From Amphiscolops sp. MND2022 (taxonomy: Eukaryota): a stretch of DNA of 64,000 bases. Location of the stretch: positions 10,416,001 through 10,480,000 of the forward strand of contig OZ076419.1 of NCBI GenBank assembly GCA_964187785.1, in the 5' to 3' direction. The notes under the pieces are model-generated. The model saw only the letters and a list, made by a program, of their open reading frames with translations. It searched no databases and was not told the DNA's origin. Positions 24,401-36,400 of this stretch are shown here, one piece after another (the first letter of the stretch is position 1; every line of letters starts with the position of its first letter). A program made the translations under genes and the position numbers.

Positions 24401-27400
24401 GAATGGGGTCAGACATGATGTTGTCGAAAATTGAAATCAGTATTCGTTTGTACTTGTGTCTCACCGATAGCCCTACTTTTCTAATGGCGGACCAGGCCGC
24501 TCCATCAGCCAAAAAATGATTTAAAAAGGAAAAATTATTATTTCCGGAAGATTTGTGTCTAGCAATTAAAACACACAGGATGCGGGAAAACAAAAAACAC
24601 ATGTGAAAATATTTACAAAATGCCGAGGGAAATATTCATCCAAGATACATGTATGCTTTACAATTTTGAACTATAATTTGTTTGAAGTCAATTATTTGAA
24701 GGAATGATTCATCGATTTCAAACAAAATTCCATTCAGAACATAACACCGCCTGCCTTGATTTCGCAGGGAAGAAATTAACAAGAGCGTTGAACACGCAAG
24801 CGCAATAAAATAAGGCACAGTAAAAGATATATAAGGTTAGGGAACAAAGTCATTTGAATTCATCATTGAAATTAGCATCAAACAGTTTCTTCAATTTATG
24901 CACCGGTCGATTGTAGATTCCTGTAGCGGTTTTTATTTTTACGACTCTCACAACATTGTCTGGGCCGGTGTAGACATGTTGGATTTTAGCCAAAGGCCAC
25001 TGTAGTGGGGGAACATTGTCATCAATTACAAAAACAATATCACCAACTTTCAAATTAGAAGTTTCTAGTTTCCTTTTATTTATTTCTTGCAGGGAGAGTA
25101 CATATTCTTTGACCCATCTTTTCCAAAAATGAGAGACCATTTTCTGTATTTGTATCCATCTTTTTGTGGGTGAATGTGTACTGTCAGGGTTTTTCAAATC
25201 ATCGGTAGTTTGGCTCAAAGGTAGATTCTCCAACTTTCCACCCAAGCAGAAGTGAGCAGGAGTTAAGAAAAACTCGTTATTTGGATCTTCTGATAATGGG
25301 CAGATTGGTCTTGAATTCAAAATCATTTCAATTTGACAAAGTAGAGTACATAGTTCTTCAAAGGACAAAACTTTGTTTCCCATAACTTTTCGGAGATGTA
25401 TGTTTGCACACTTGATTGCTGATTCCCATAGGCCACCAAAGTGAGGAGCTCTTGGAGGGATGAAGAACCACTTGATGTGCAAGCCTGCTGCTTCAGCCTG
25501 CAAGGAGTCACAGTGTTCATTCCTTAATATCTTTTGAAGGTCTGCTATTTCTTTATCCGAACCAACAAAGTTTTTCCCATTATCACTATAAATATTTTTA
25601 GGACAACCTCTGCGAGAAACGAATCTTCTAATGGCTGCAATACATGCTGCTGTACTAAGATCGGAGACTAGTTCCAGGTGAACTGCTTTACTGGCAAAGC
25701 ACACAAAAAGTGCTAGGTAGGATTTCTCAAGAGAATTCGGAGATTTCCTACAAAAGAAAGGACCAGCAAAGTCTAGGCCCACTTCCTCAAAGGCTTTTAT
25801 AGGAGGGTCAACTCTTGTCTTTGGAAGATCTCCCATCAAGGGGAAAACTGGCTTCGAGTTGAAGCGATTACAATTGACACAATTCATTATCATTTTTCGA
25901 ACCAAATTTCTACAACTGGGAATCCAGAAACGAGTTCTAATATGAGCAATTGTTTGACTAGTCCCACCATGGAGTGTCAGCTGGTGAGAATTCAATACAA
26001 TTAGACGTGCGAGGTGACTGTCTTGAGGAATTAGTCTTTGAAACTTGCTTTCTTCGGGCAACTTCGCATGTACTAATCTTCCTCCGACACAAAGAATGCC
26101 ATTATCGAGAAACGGGTATAATTTGCAGATTTGACTCTTGGGCTTAACTTGTTGTGCAATTTCTAGAGTTCGGATTTCTTCCGAATATCGTTTCATTTGT
26201 TCTTGGCCAATCAAAATTATGATTGACTCTGTTAACTCTGGGGCAGTAATGTAATTTGGTAAAACAAACACGTTCTTCTTCAGTTTGTCAATAAAACGTC
26301 TAGCGTAAGCAAGAATTCGGAGGACTTTGTATAAGGAGTTAAACCTCGACAAATCAATAACATCCTTTTTGGTATCCCTGTGAGCCACAGAGGTTTGAAG
26401 ACTGGTAATTCCTGTTGTTAGAGTCGACTTTTTCAACTCTTCAGATTTTTCAACAATTGACAATGTTTTCGGAAATGCCCCTGTTAGTAACCACTTCGGA
26501 CCATTCCACCATAGGTCATGTTGGTTTATTTCGTCAGGGTTAATTCCTCGAGATGCAGGATCCGCAGGATTCTCCTCGGAACACACATGATTCCAATTCA
26601 ATTTGTTTTCACCTTGAATTTCACTAATTCTGTTTGAAACAAAAGTTGACCAGCGAGATGGTTCTTTTGACAACCAACACAGAACTATTGTTGAATCAGT
26701 CCACGCGAAGGTTTTCTCAATAACAACTGGCGTTTGACCAATAGACTTGATGACAGATTGATATAACCTAGTGCCTAGCAAAGCAGCACATAATTCTAAT
26801 CTCGGAACAGATTGTGTTTTCACGGGGGCTACCTTGGTTTTGGCAACAAGCAGGGATGACTTCCGCCTGCCATGAGAATCTGTGGCAACAATATAAATAC
26901 AAGCAGCATAAGCCCTTTCTGATGCATCACAGAAGAGATGCAACTCAATCTTGTCCGAGAATCCATCAAGTAATACGAATCGTTGCAATTCCACATCCTT
27001 TAAAGAGATCAATTTCGTCCTCCACTTCAAATATTGGTCGGCAAGTTCGAAAGGGAGGTGATCATCCCATGAAATTTTTGCTTCCCAAGCCCTTTGCATT
27101 AACTGTTTCAAGAAAATGGTAACTGGTGACAACCAACCCAATGGGTCGAAAGTCTTTGAAATGTCACTGAGCATTTGTCTTTTGGTCAAGACCTTTGCTT
27201 TAAAGTTTTCCTTTTCGATGTGGGAAACCTTAAAAACGAAGCGATCTTCGCTGTGTTGTCAAACAATACCGAGCGTTTTTATTGTATGGTCTTTGTCTAA
27301 AAACTCCAAGTTATCATTTGCTTCGCGATACTCGGGCGGAAGGTCTAAGATAATGCTGGATTCGTTCGAAGTCCACTTGCGGAGATCGAATCTTCCTCGT

Positions 27401-30400
27401 TTAAGAGTTTCTACTAATTGCTTTTGGAGTATTCGAGCTTTATCGATCGAATTGGCTCCAGTGAGAATGTCATCAACATAAAAATCTCTCAATATAGCTC
27501 TTTGAACCTCAGTGGATACTTCCGACAAATTGGCACATTCTCGCAAAGATCGGATTGAATGATACGATGAGGAAGCTACGCCATTTGTAACTCGGGTCAT
27601 GCGTAAGGTTTCAACCGGACCATCAGCTGTAAATCTCCAGAGGATCCGATGAAAGTCTCGATCGGCTTTATCCAGCTCAACTTGCCTATACATCTTCGCT
27701 ACATCAGCTGATAAAGCAATCTTGAAGAAACGGAATCGTACGAGAATCTTAAACAAATCATCTTGAAGTTTGGGACCAACTAGCAAACAATCATTAAGTG
27801 AAAAACCAGTTGTCGTTTTAGCACTAGCGTCAAATACAACACGCAACTTGGTGGTTGTACTATCTTCTTTCAGCACGCAATGATGAGGCAAGTAGAAGTT
27901 CGGAGAATTATTAATCTCCCCGGGTTGGACCTTCTCCAAGTGTCCAAGGTCAATGAATTCTTGAATAAAAGCTGAATACTTTCGAAAAAGATCGACATTA
28001 TGGCGCAAAGTGTATTCGAGACGAATGAAACGCTTCATTGCGTTCGCTTTCGAAAGTCCTAAATTGTGGGGTCCATCTTTAAATGGCATCTGTACTACAA
28101 AACGGCCGTCTTCATTGCGTTTTGTGGTGCTATCGAAGTGCTCTTCACAACGACGCTCATCCAAAGTTAAATGTCTAGTTTCGGGGACACTTTCTATATC
28201 CCAAAATTTCAAAAGGAGTTGGTCAGAGTCACATTTCGGAGTGGTAGTCATGTGGGACACAACGTTGTTGCTGCCAGACGAATACACAGGACCAGACACA
28301 ACCCAACCGAATACGGAATCCCGAATGCACAAGCCGTTGTCCTTTATTTTATTATCAAGCATAATGTCTTCTATAACATCTGCACCTAGCAAGAGATCAA
28401 CCTTATTAGGAACGTTGAAAGTGGGATCAGCTAAGTTAAGATTTTTCACATGGCGCATGGTCGAAACGTCAATTTCTTTATCAGGAATGGTATTGGAGAT
28501 TTTTGGTATGAGATGAAGATTAACTTCGATAGTATCATTCAATAAGCCTCGAGTTTTTTGGAAATGGGAAGAACCCATTGTAGAAACATTTATTTGGCTG
28601 CGCTGAGTTGGCAGCATGAGCGCCTTTGCAACATCTTCTGTTACGAAACTGGCTTGTGAACCAGAATCTAAGAGAGCCCGCAGCTTGATCGCGTCTCCCG
28701 ATGAATTCCGAATTGTTACAAGAGATGTAGAAAGAAGAACAGTATTTATTTCATTGTCAGCCCTAAAGTGCCCTGTGGTGAATTGCTTTGTAGACTCCAT
28801 TTTGTTGGAAGTCGAATTCATACTTGAATAAGTCTTTGTAGAGGTGCGTTGATCAGGGAGCTGTTTCTGAGGTTGATGAAGCAAGGTGTGATGTTTCATT
28901 TTGCACTCACGACAAGTGAACTTTGATGGGCACGCATTAGACGAGTGTCCTGATTGGAAGCAGTTGAAACAGAGCTTTTTGTCTTTTATGAACTTATGTC
29001 TATCAGCAAGGCACATTCCTTTGAATTGTGAACAAGCATAAAGGCGATGATCCTCCTGGCAAGATTCGCACGATGAGCCTTGAACAGCATAATTCTGAAC
29101 CCTTTTGGTCAGAGTTTGATTCCCTTGGTTACAGGGAGGAGTCACACTTGGTTGCGGTGTGACCTTTGTGCCACCCGATTCGAGTGCACGGCTTCTTGTG
29201 TCAAGGAATTTTGACAATAATTCCCAAGACAAAACGTCAGTGCCAGGATTATCCAGCTGCCACTGCTTACGTGACTCTGGATCCATCTTGTCCGTCAGAA
29301 CAAAAACTAAGATTGCATTCCAGTGCTCTACTGGTTGACCAAGTTCAACGAGTGCTCGTAAAGGCTCATTGGTGAGTTCCAGAAGTTTTCTCAATCCAAG
29401 AGCGGATTCAGTTTTCAAAACCGGCTGCGACCAAATTGCTTGCCAATGAGCTTGAATGATGCTCCTTTTATTTTCATATCGATCTTTCAACAATGCAAAG
29501 GCAATATTATAGTTTGCGTCAGTTATCGAGATTGAACTAATGAGTCTCGCTGCTTCACCCTTCACACAGGCTTTCAAATAGTTCAGCTTCTCTGAATTGG
29601 AGAGATGGGTATTAGAATCGACGGAGGCCTTGAATAGGTCAAAGAAACTCATCCAGTCAGTGTATGATCCAGTGAATGTTGGTAACAGAAGTTTAAGCAA
29701 CTTCAATCTACTCGATGTGGCAGAGCTTGATTGAGAAGAGTCTGTTGAAAACTCACGCGGAGGTCTATCGCGTTCTTTTTTGTAATTCTCAATCAATGCA
29801 GACAACCTAGCGATGGTAACACTAGCAGAAACATGAAACTCCGTTTGCTGTTCTAGTTCATTGGCTAAATCATCTTCATCTTCTATCAATAATTCAATTT
29901 CCGCATCAAACTTATGAATCATTGCAATTCTATCTTGTAATGTCTTCAGCAAAGCTTCACCTTGAAACAATTTAGTTGAAGAGTCAATAGCAGTGACCGT
30001 AAATTCATCAACTTTCTGTTCCAATTTAGTGAAAGCATCTTTGTGACAACCTCGGATGCGAGTAAGTTTTCTATCTTCAGTGGCTGGTTGTACGGAAGCA
30101 CTACTTTCAGTTACAGACATTTTTCAGATTACAATACAACACTATCACGAACAATAAACAATGTAAATAATCCTCAAAGTCAAGTCGGATAGGCCACCGA
30201 TGAGCTAATCGTCCAGTGACCACACCGAACTCAACTCACAGGATGAAATAAAAAACTTCTAACGTTAAGTTGACTTCAAACTCTGCTCTAAAAGCTTCTT
30301 TAATCTTCTTTTCCTTTGAGAAGGTTTCTTGCTGGGGCTTCTTGTATTTTGGGATAAAGCTTTAAGATTGTTTCGGTGCTCCAAAACAATGAACAAAGAC

Positions 30401-33400
30401 TTTAATTCAATATCCGCTACTGGATGAAGTCGGGAATATTCATTCAAAAGAAGAATATCATTCTGTTTTCTTCGAGAAAGAAGATTTTCTGTGACTCGAA
30501 TAACAATGAAATCTTGATCACGAAGATCATCAAATGCATGGGGTGCACCAATACGTTCACAATAGACTAAGGCTGTTATACGTGATTTATATTTTAACAA
30601 TTCAGTTGCTAATTCTTTAGGGGTAAGAGCTGTATTGTTATTTGATTTATGGGGAGTCAAGGAGTTGTTCAGAATGTCATGCCAAATAACTAATTGATTC
30701 GTAATTTTAAGAATACCATGATCCAGTAGAAAAGACAATTTGAGCGTATCACTTTGAACATAGGGGTTCAAGCTCAAAGAAGGAATGGCTGTGATAAAGT
30801 TCCCAAGGGTATTTCGGTTATCAAAATCCAAGTTTTGTAAAGCTCGTTTTAGTGAACTTGCACCGATAATATTTATCAGGAGTGAAGTTTTCGGTTTGCT
30901 AGGGGTAAGCTGAAGGTCGATCAGAGACTTCGCAAAAATGTGACTATCTGTATCCAAAATTTCAGGAAGTAATAATAAAGGACAAACTATCAGGGGGATC
31001 CACAGTTTTTTCACCGTCGAAAAAACGAAATGCCTTTAAGTTGTAAAATGGAAAGAGCTAACCGGGGAATGACGATCAATCGTGGATGAAGTTGAGACTA
31101 GCAGGTTGAAGGGTTTGCAAGTTAGTTACTTGGTAATTAGTTACTTGACAATCGAGTGTTACTTTTGTAAGGACAACTTTTGGTACAAAGTTCCAAAAAA
31201 GTAGTTTCTTTTCGAAAGTTCAAAGTTCGTAAGTCCGGGGTCTATGGCGGACCAAAATGTGTCTCACCGATAGCCCTACTTTTCTAATGGCGGACCAGGC
31301 CGCTCCATCAGCCAAAAAATGATTAAAAAAGGAAAAATTATTATTTCCGGAAGATTTGTGTCTAGCAATTAAAACACACAGGATGCGGGAAAAAAAACAC
31401 ATGTGAAAATATTTACAAAATGCCGAGGGAAATATTCATCCAAGATACATGTATGATTTACAATTTTGAACTATAATTTGTTTGAAGTCAATTATTTGAA
31501 GGAATGATTCATCGATTTCAAATAAAATTCCATTCAGAACAGTACTGTTTCAGACGTCAACCAAACAATTGGGTTTGCACACAGTTCATGAAAAAGTTCG
31601 GTAGTAGAACGGTGTTTATTGGTGACAATACGGTGTTTGTGCAGTGCTTCACCGATGAAACTGTCGAATGTTTTTGTTTTAAGGTAAAAGTAGTCACAAA
31701 CTACGAAGACGAAACACGATGAACTCAAAGTCGCGTTAGAGGAACGCGGTCTCAGTTGACAGTGGTGCGGATAAGGGATGAAACGTTTTTTATTCAAAGT
31801 ATCAACCCCCCCCCAGTCTCAGTCGGTGAAGACTGGACCCAACTCTGAAAACAGTGGAAGAACTGGAGTTACTTCAACTAATCAGTTAAGGTGGGACACT
31901 GTCTCAACAGCTGGAAGAAGCCAAAAGGGGGGTTACTGAGACGAAGGCAGCGATCAAGCCTTCTGAAAAGAGTTACGTGCACGCTCACTGGTCTTTTGGG
32001 GCGGCTTTGATGAGTTATCGTCGAGAGTTGGTTCTCTTTACGAAGAACAAAACCCAAAGTCTTCAGCTCAAGCTCTAGGTTCTGATGCAACGCCTTGAAT
32101 TAATTAGGAACTTCGGGATCGTTTGGTTTTTTCACAGATATAAAGTCTTTGACGATACTGAAGATTTTGATACTATGATCAGTTTGCAACACTTTCAATT
32201 CTTCGAAAATGTACGGAGTGCTGTTACGTTGGCAATGCACCAGAGCACAAAGGTTGTGTTGAAGATTTTTCAAAATTTCAATTAGATCTAACACTGATAA
32301 TGCACGGAAGTTATTGCTATCATGTTTCGAAATACTGTTGTTTAAATCAGCCTGCCAAATCACAATGACTTTTATATCTTTCAGATCTTTTGAAAGTAAA
32401 ATTCGAGTAACTTTTTTGGGATTTTTCGTGTTCGGAATGAGACTTAGGCCCGGGATGGTTCAAGTTTTTTCTGTAAACTGTTCTCCTTCTTCAGGGGATG
32501 ATGTTTCAAATGCATGATCCAAAGAACTGGCAGCCAATCTGAAAGATTCTTTACAATACTTTGCCCAAATTAATTTTTTATCAAGACCTTTTCTTCCTGC
32601 TGCACTGATTATCGAAAGGTGAATTCAACAATTTTTCAATCTGGAAGAAAGTTACATGGAAAATTCGGGACAAAATGTTCTCAATAACTTGCTATCTCGA
32701 AGCAAAAAAATGAATTAAGCACTCCGATCTTCAAGATCTCCAGTCTTCCAGTTTACGGAAGGTATTCACGTTGATTAGCCGATTGCAACCTTGGTGTAGC
32801 AATTGAAGTTTCAGAGGTACAGATAACCAGTTGTCAGTAATGACGCTTGAAAGGAATCATCCCATGGTGCCAGCTTGTTTCAATTCTTATTCAAAGTCCC
32901 TCGGTGAACCTGCCATGTAGCGTGAAGAAAGTAGCGAAGTGTTTATCGAAAGGTCGGCTGGATCAGCAATGATAGTTGATCATTCGAGTATGCCTTTGCC
33001 AATAGGGTTTGTTCTCATTTACAAAAAAATAAGGGGCTGTGTAAATGTGATTATTCAACTTAACTTCAGTAATATACAACATGTTGATTTTATTCGATCA
33101 AAACTGATCAATAATACAAATCGATGCATGAGAATTTGACATAAATTGTGCGTCATGGAAATTTGGAACTCTAAAAGTGCAACTAAGTGAAATACCAGCA
33201 ATTAAAGAAATAGATACTGAAGGCCGATTTTGTTAAGACGTCAACGTTACTAAAGCCTCCATCGTTTGAAAGTGAAGGCCTCTCTATGGCCACCATAAAT
33301 AAACTGTTCTTGTGAATCAGCTAATATAATAGTCCGTTTTTGCAAACAGTTTATTTGGAACCGTTTTCTTTTCATCGAAAGCAATATAATAGATTAATGA

Positions 33401-36400
33401 AAACAATATATAGTTTTGCAAAATTGCCAAAAAAAGTTGTTTACAAACAAAGTTGTTTACAAACATTGAACTTTTGAGATAGCAAAGTTTCGATATTAGT
33501 ATTGTATTCGAAAACGGTAATTTAGTATTTTTACCAAAGAATCCACCGATTCCGGAAATTGAACTCGAGGCCGTATGGTTGGAAAACTAGCACTCTACCG
33601 ATAAGCTATGAAGCCTTAGTATTTGTTTGTTTCATTTCAACCATATTTGCTTTGCAACATTGGGAATTTGTTGTTCTGGAGATTGAGTTTTGCATCAACT
33701 GGTCATGAGGTGCCACGTCCGAGGGAGAAATCGTCCGTCCAATTCCACTTCCTTGGAACCGAACTGATATCAGACGATTGTAAGCGGGAACCTGCTCTGC
33801 AGATGCATTGGAACACTTCTCTCAAATCGTTTTTCAACACTTTGGGAGTGTTGGTCGCTATTCCAATGTCGTCCACGTATTGTGCGCTTTTATCCGCGTT
33901 TATGGCTCTGTCGAGATACTCTTTAATACAACTTGGCAGCGTCCTACTAAAGCTTTGCTTCAACCTGATGTACGTGAACGTTGGGGAATTTTTCTCTTCG
34001 GGGCTGGTTATTTTAGTTTTTGAATTTTCTCAAGATCTTTAATCTCTCTGAGTTTGCGACTTTGGTTAGGGTATGAGTGGTTCAGTCCCCGGGTTTTCTT
34101 GTCTAAGGAACCAGAAATTCTGTACGGTAGACGATTTGTCTGAAGTTTTCAACAGCTCATTAATAAATATGATGGCATCATCTGGATCATCTTCTGCAAG
34201 CATTGTTAGTGCTGCTGTGATTAGGAGTTTTTGGCTTTTTTGGACATTGTTTTGAAGTCTTCTTCAGTAGTATTCTTTGATTGTGTATGAGGTGGGGGTT
34301 GTGTGTGTCATCTTGACCTCAATTTTGTGGTTTATGGATGTTTCTATGGACAATGCTGTCACCACAATCTTCCAAAACGGTTGGTGGCTGGGCGTAAGAC
34401 ACCGATTGTTTCGATGGTTGATGATACGTCAGTGTATGCTGTGATCGTTTGCGTTGTTTCCGCTGATATTGCGATGCGATTTTGTGACTGGACCTTGTTT
34501 CGTGTATTTTTGTCGGTTCCAATGGAATACGTGAGGTCATGGTAACCATTTACTCAAGTGCAGTATCGCGCAGTAATATTTGAGGGAGGTGAGGCCGAAT
34601 ATAGGTCCTGTAAATCTCTTGGTCACAATGATTGTTCCTTTGAAATTCCAGTAACAGATTTCTAATTGATGCAGTATCCTTTTTGTGTGGTTCCGATATC
34701 GCTATTGGCAACTTGGAGTTTAACAGGAGTGGGACCATCTCTTTGATGATGTCTTTAGGGGTGGTATCTTTTGTTGTATTCTGTTTTTGAGATGAAATTG
34801 ACTATTGCGCCAGAGTCTATGAGGGCTTCTAGAGTGAGTTCCTGGAGGTCCATTGGGACGAGTAGCAGTTTCTTCTTTTTGAGTGCAATTGCGGAACAAG
34901 TGGGTATGCCGTTCTCTTTGGTCACTGTGTCTTGGGTCAGGTATTCTGGAATTTGGGCCATGGGTTAAGGATGCGGTTGGCCCTGTGTTGGGATCTCTTG
35001 TACATCTGCAGGAGTGGATCAAGACTGCATGTTGGTTTTATCAGTCATTATGGGTCGAGATTCCTCGACTTCATTTCCTCACCTCACTGACTGATTTGAG
35101 GAATGAGGGAGACTATCGTCTCTTCGGTGTAGATGAATTGCAATAGCAACGACCCTTTGATACTCCTTGGTGACGTTGGCTGGTAAGTTCCGCCGTTTTA
35201 TCTGTAAAGTGGGTGAGGTCCACGGCTTCGGTCGTGGTCCTGCCGGTTGTGGTTTCTGTTGGTTGGTAGTCAAGTGCGATTTCCAATGTTGGTGGCATTA
35301 GTATAACAGCTCCGATGGGGTTGACTGTTGGTTTTTTAGCGGGTGATTGTGCGATGATAAATAGACCTTCATTTTTGAGGACAGGTATAACTGTATCTCG
35401 GTCAGACGTTCTTCGACTGGATTGTAATATCGGGTTGGTTGGATGTGTTTCACTTGGTACCTGCTGTCGGTTGATGTGTTCAAGGCTGTTCGTTTGATGT
35501 ACTGCTTAAAAGGCGTGTTTTCTTGTTGTCTAAATGTTAGTGTCTTTCTGTCGTAGTTTTGGGGATTGTGGTACGGGTAATAGTGGAAATCTGGGTCATG
35601 AATGTAGGCCTCAGGAAAGGTACTCTTCTGTAGGAGTCGTTTTGTAGTATTTCATTCTGTCGGGATTCTAGGTACCATTGGGGTATCTCGTTTAGTTGTT
35701 GTCTGTCTGTTGTATCTTTATGAATTTGCCATCTCCGCTTCCAGTCGAGAGATTGTTGGTGAAGGAACTCTTCGTATTGTTCGTGATCGTATGTGATTAG
35801 GGGTTCAGATGTTGTGAACTGGCTGTTATCGTCTATTTCCTCAATTTGGAGACGTGGCGAATTTTGATGTTGCCGGTTTTGGGCATGGAGCTGAGTCTGT
35901 GTTTGGATTGTGTGGCCTTTGGGGTTTTTGTTTGGTAGTTCGTACGGGAACTCGGTGGGATTTGATACGGCAATCAGGCTGCTGTGTAATTTCCTTGAGC
36001 GTGTTGACCCGTTGGTGCATGTGTATGTTGTTTGGTGAGGTCTTTTTTGGTGTTTGCCACCATAGTGGTAGATTTGCCCAAGTTTCCCCTGAATAGCGTT
36101 TTTGTGTTGTATGGCGCTTGTTCCCGGAAGTCTCACAAGAGTCGGTTACTTGGTCTGGGACGCCGTTGGTTTTGTTGCGAGCTTCCCAGGCTGTTTTTCT
36201 GCAATTCTTGATGATTTCTCCTGTATTCCAGCATCAGTAGCTTGGTCTAGCCGGTTTGGTTGGGTTTTGTTGCTTTTTCGATTGGTCTTTTACATGAATT
36301 TGGTGTACTCCTATGATGCTTGTTTCTGGGCGTGCTGATAAGCCATTACTCTTCGCTTCCATTCCTCTCAAGATGTAGCACCTTTGTTTCATAAGGTTCT

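Larger units (their letters stand above)
24455..31541 (-). mobile_element. Young, nearly intact BEL/Pao LTR retrotransposon (inner BEL)
   Basis: TG...CA LTRs at 24455-24741 and 31258-31541 differ by about 3 substitutions and a 3-bp indel. 5-bp TSD GTACT (24450-24454 and 31542-31546), PBS TGGTCCGCCATAG, PPT AAGGCAGGCGG. Confidence 0.97.
21461..33659 (-). mobile_element. Old, internally deleted BEL/Pao LTR retrotransposon (outer BEL)
   Basis: Two diverged ~355-bp LTRs (about 75-80% identical by eye), PBS TGGTGGCCATAGAGAGG at 33295-33279, PPT GGGCCCGGAGGA before the 3' LTR, BEL gag N-terminus and integrase/DUF5641 remnants. No recognisable TSD. Confidence 0.8.

Noticed and set aside
26814-28831. 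+ strand ORFs of 70-170 aa over the inner BEL
   Set aside because: Antisense shadows of the pol frame.
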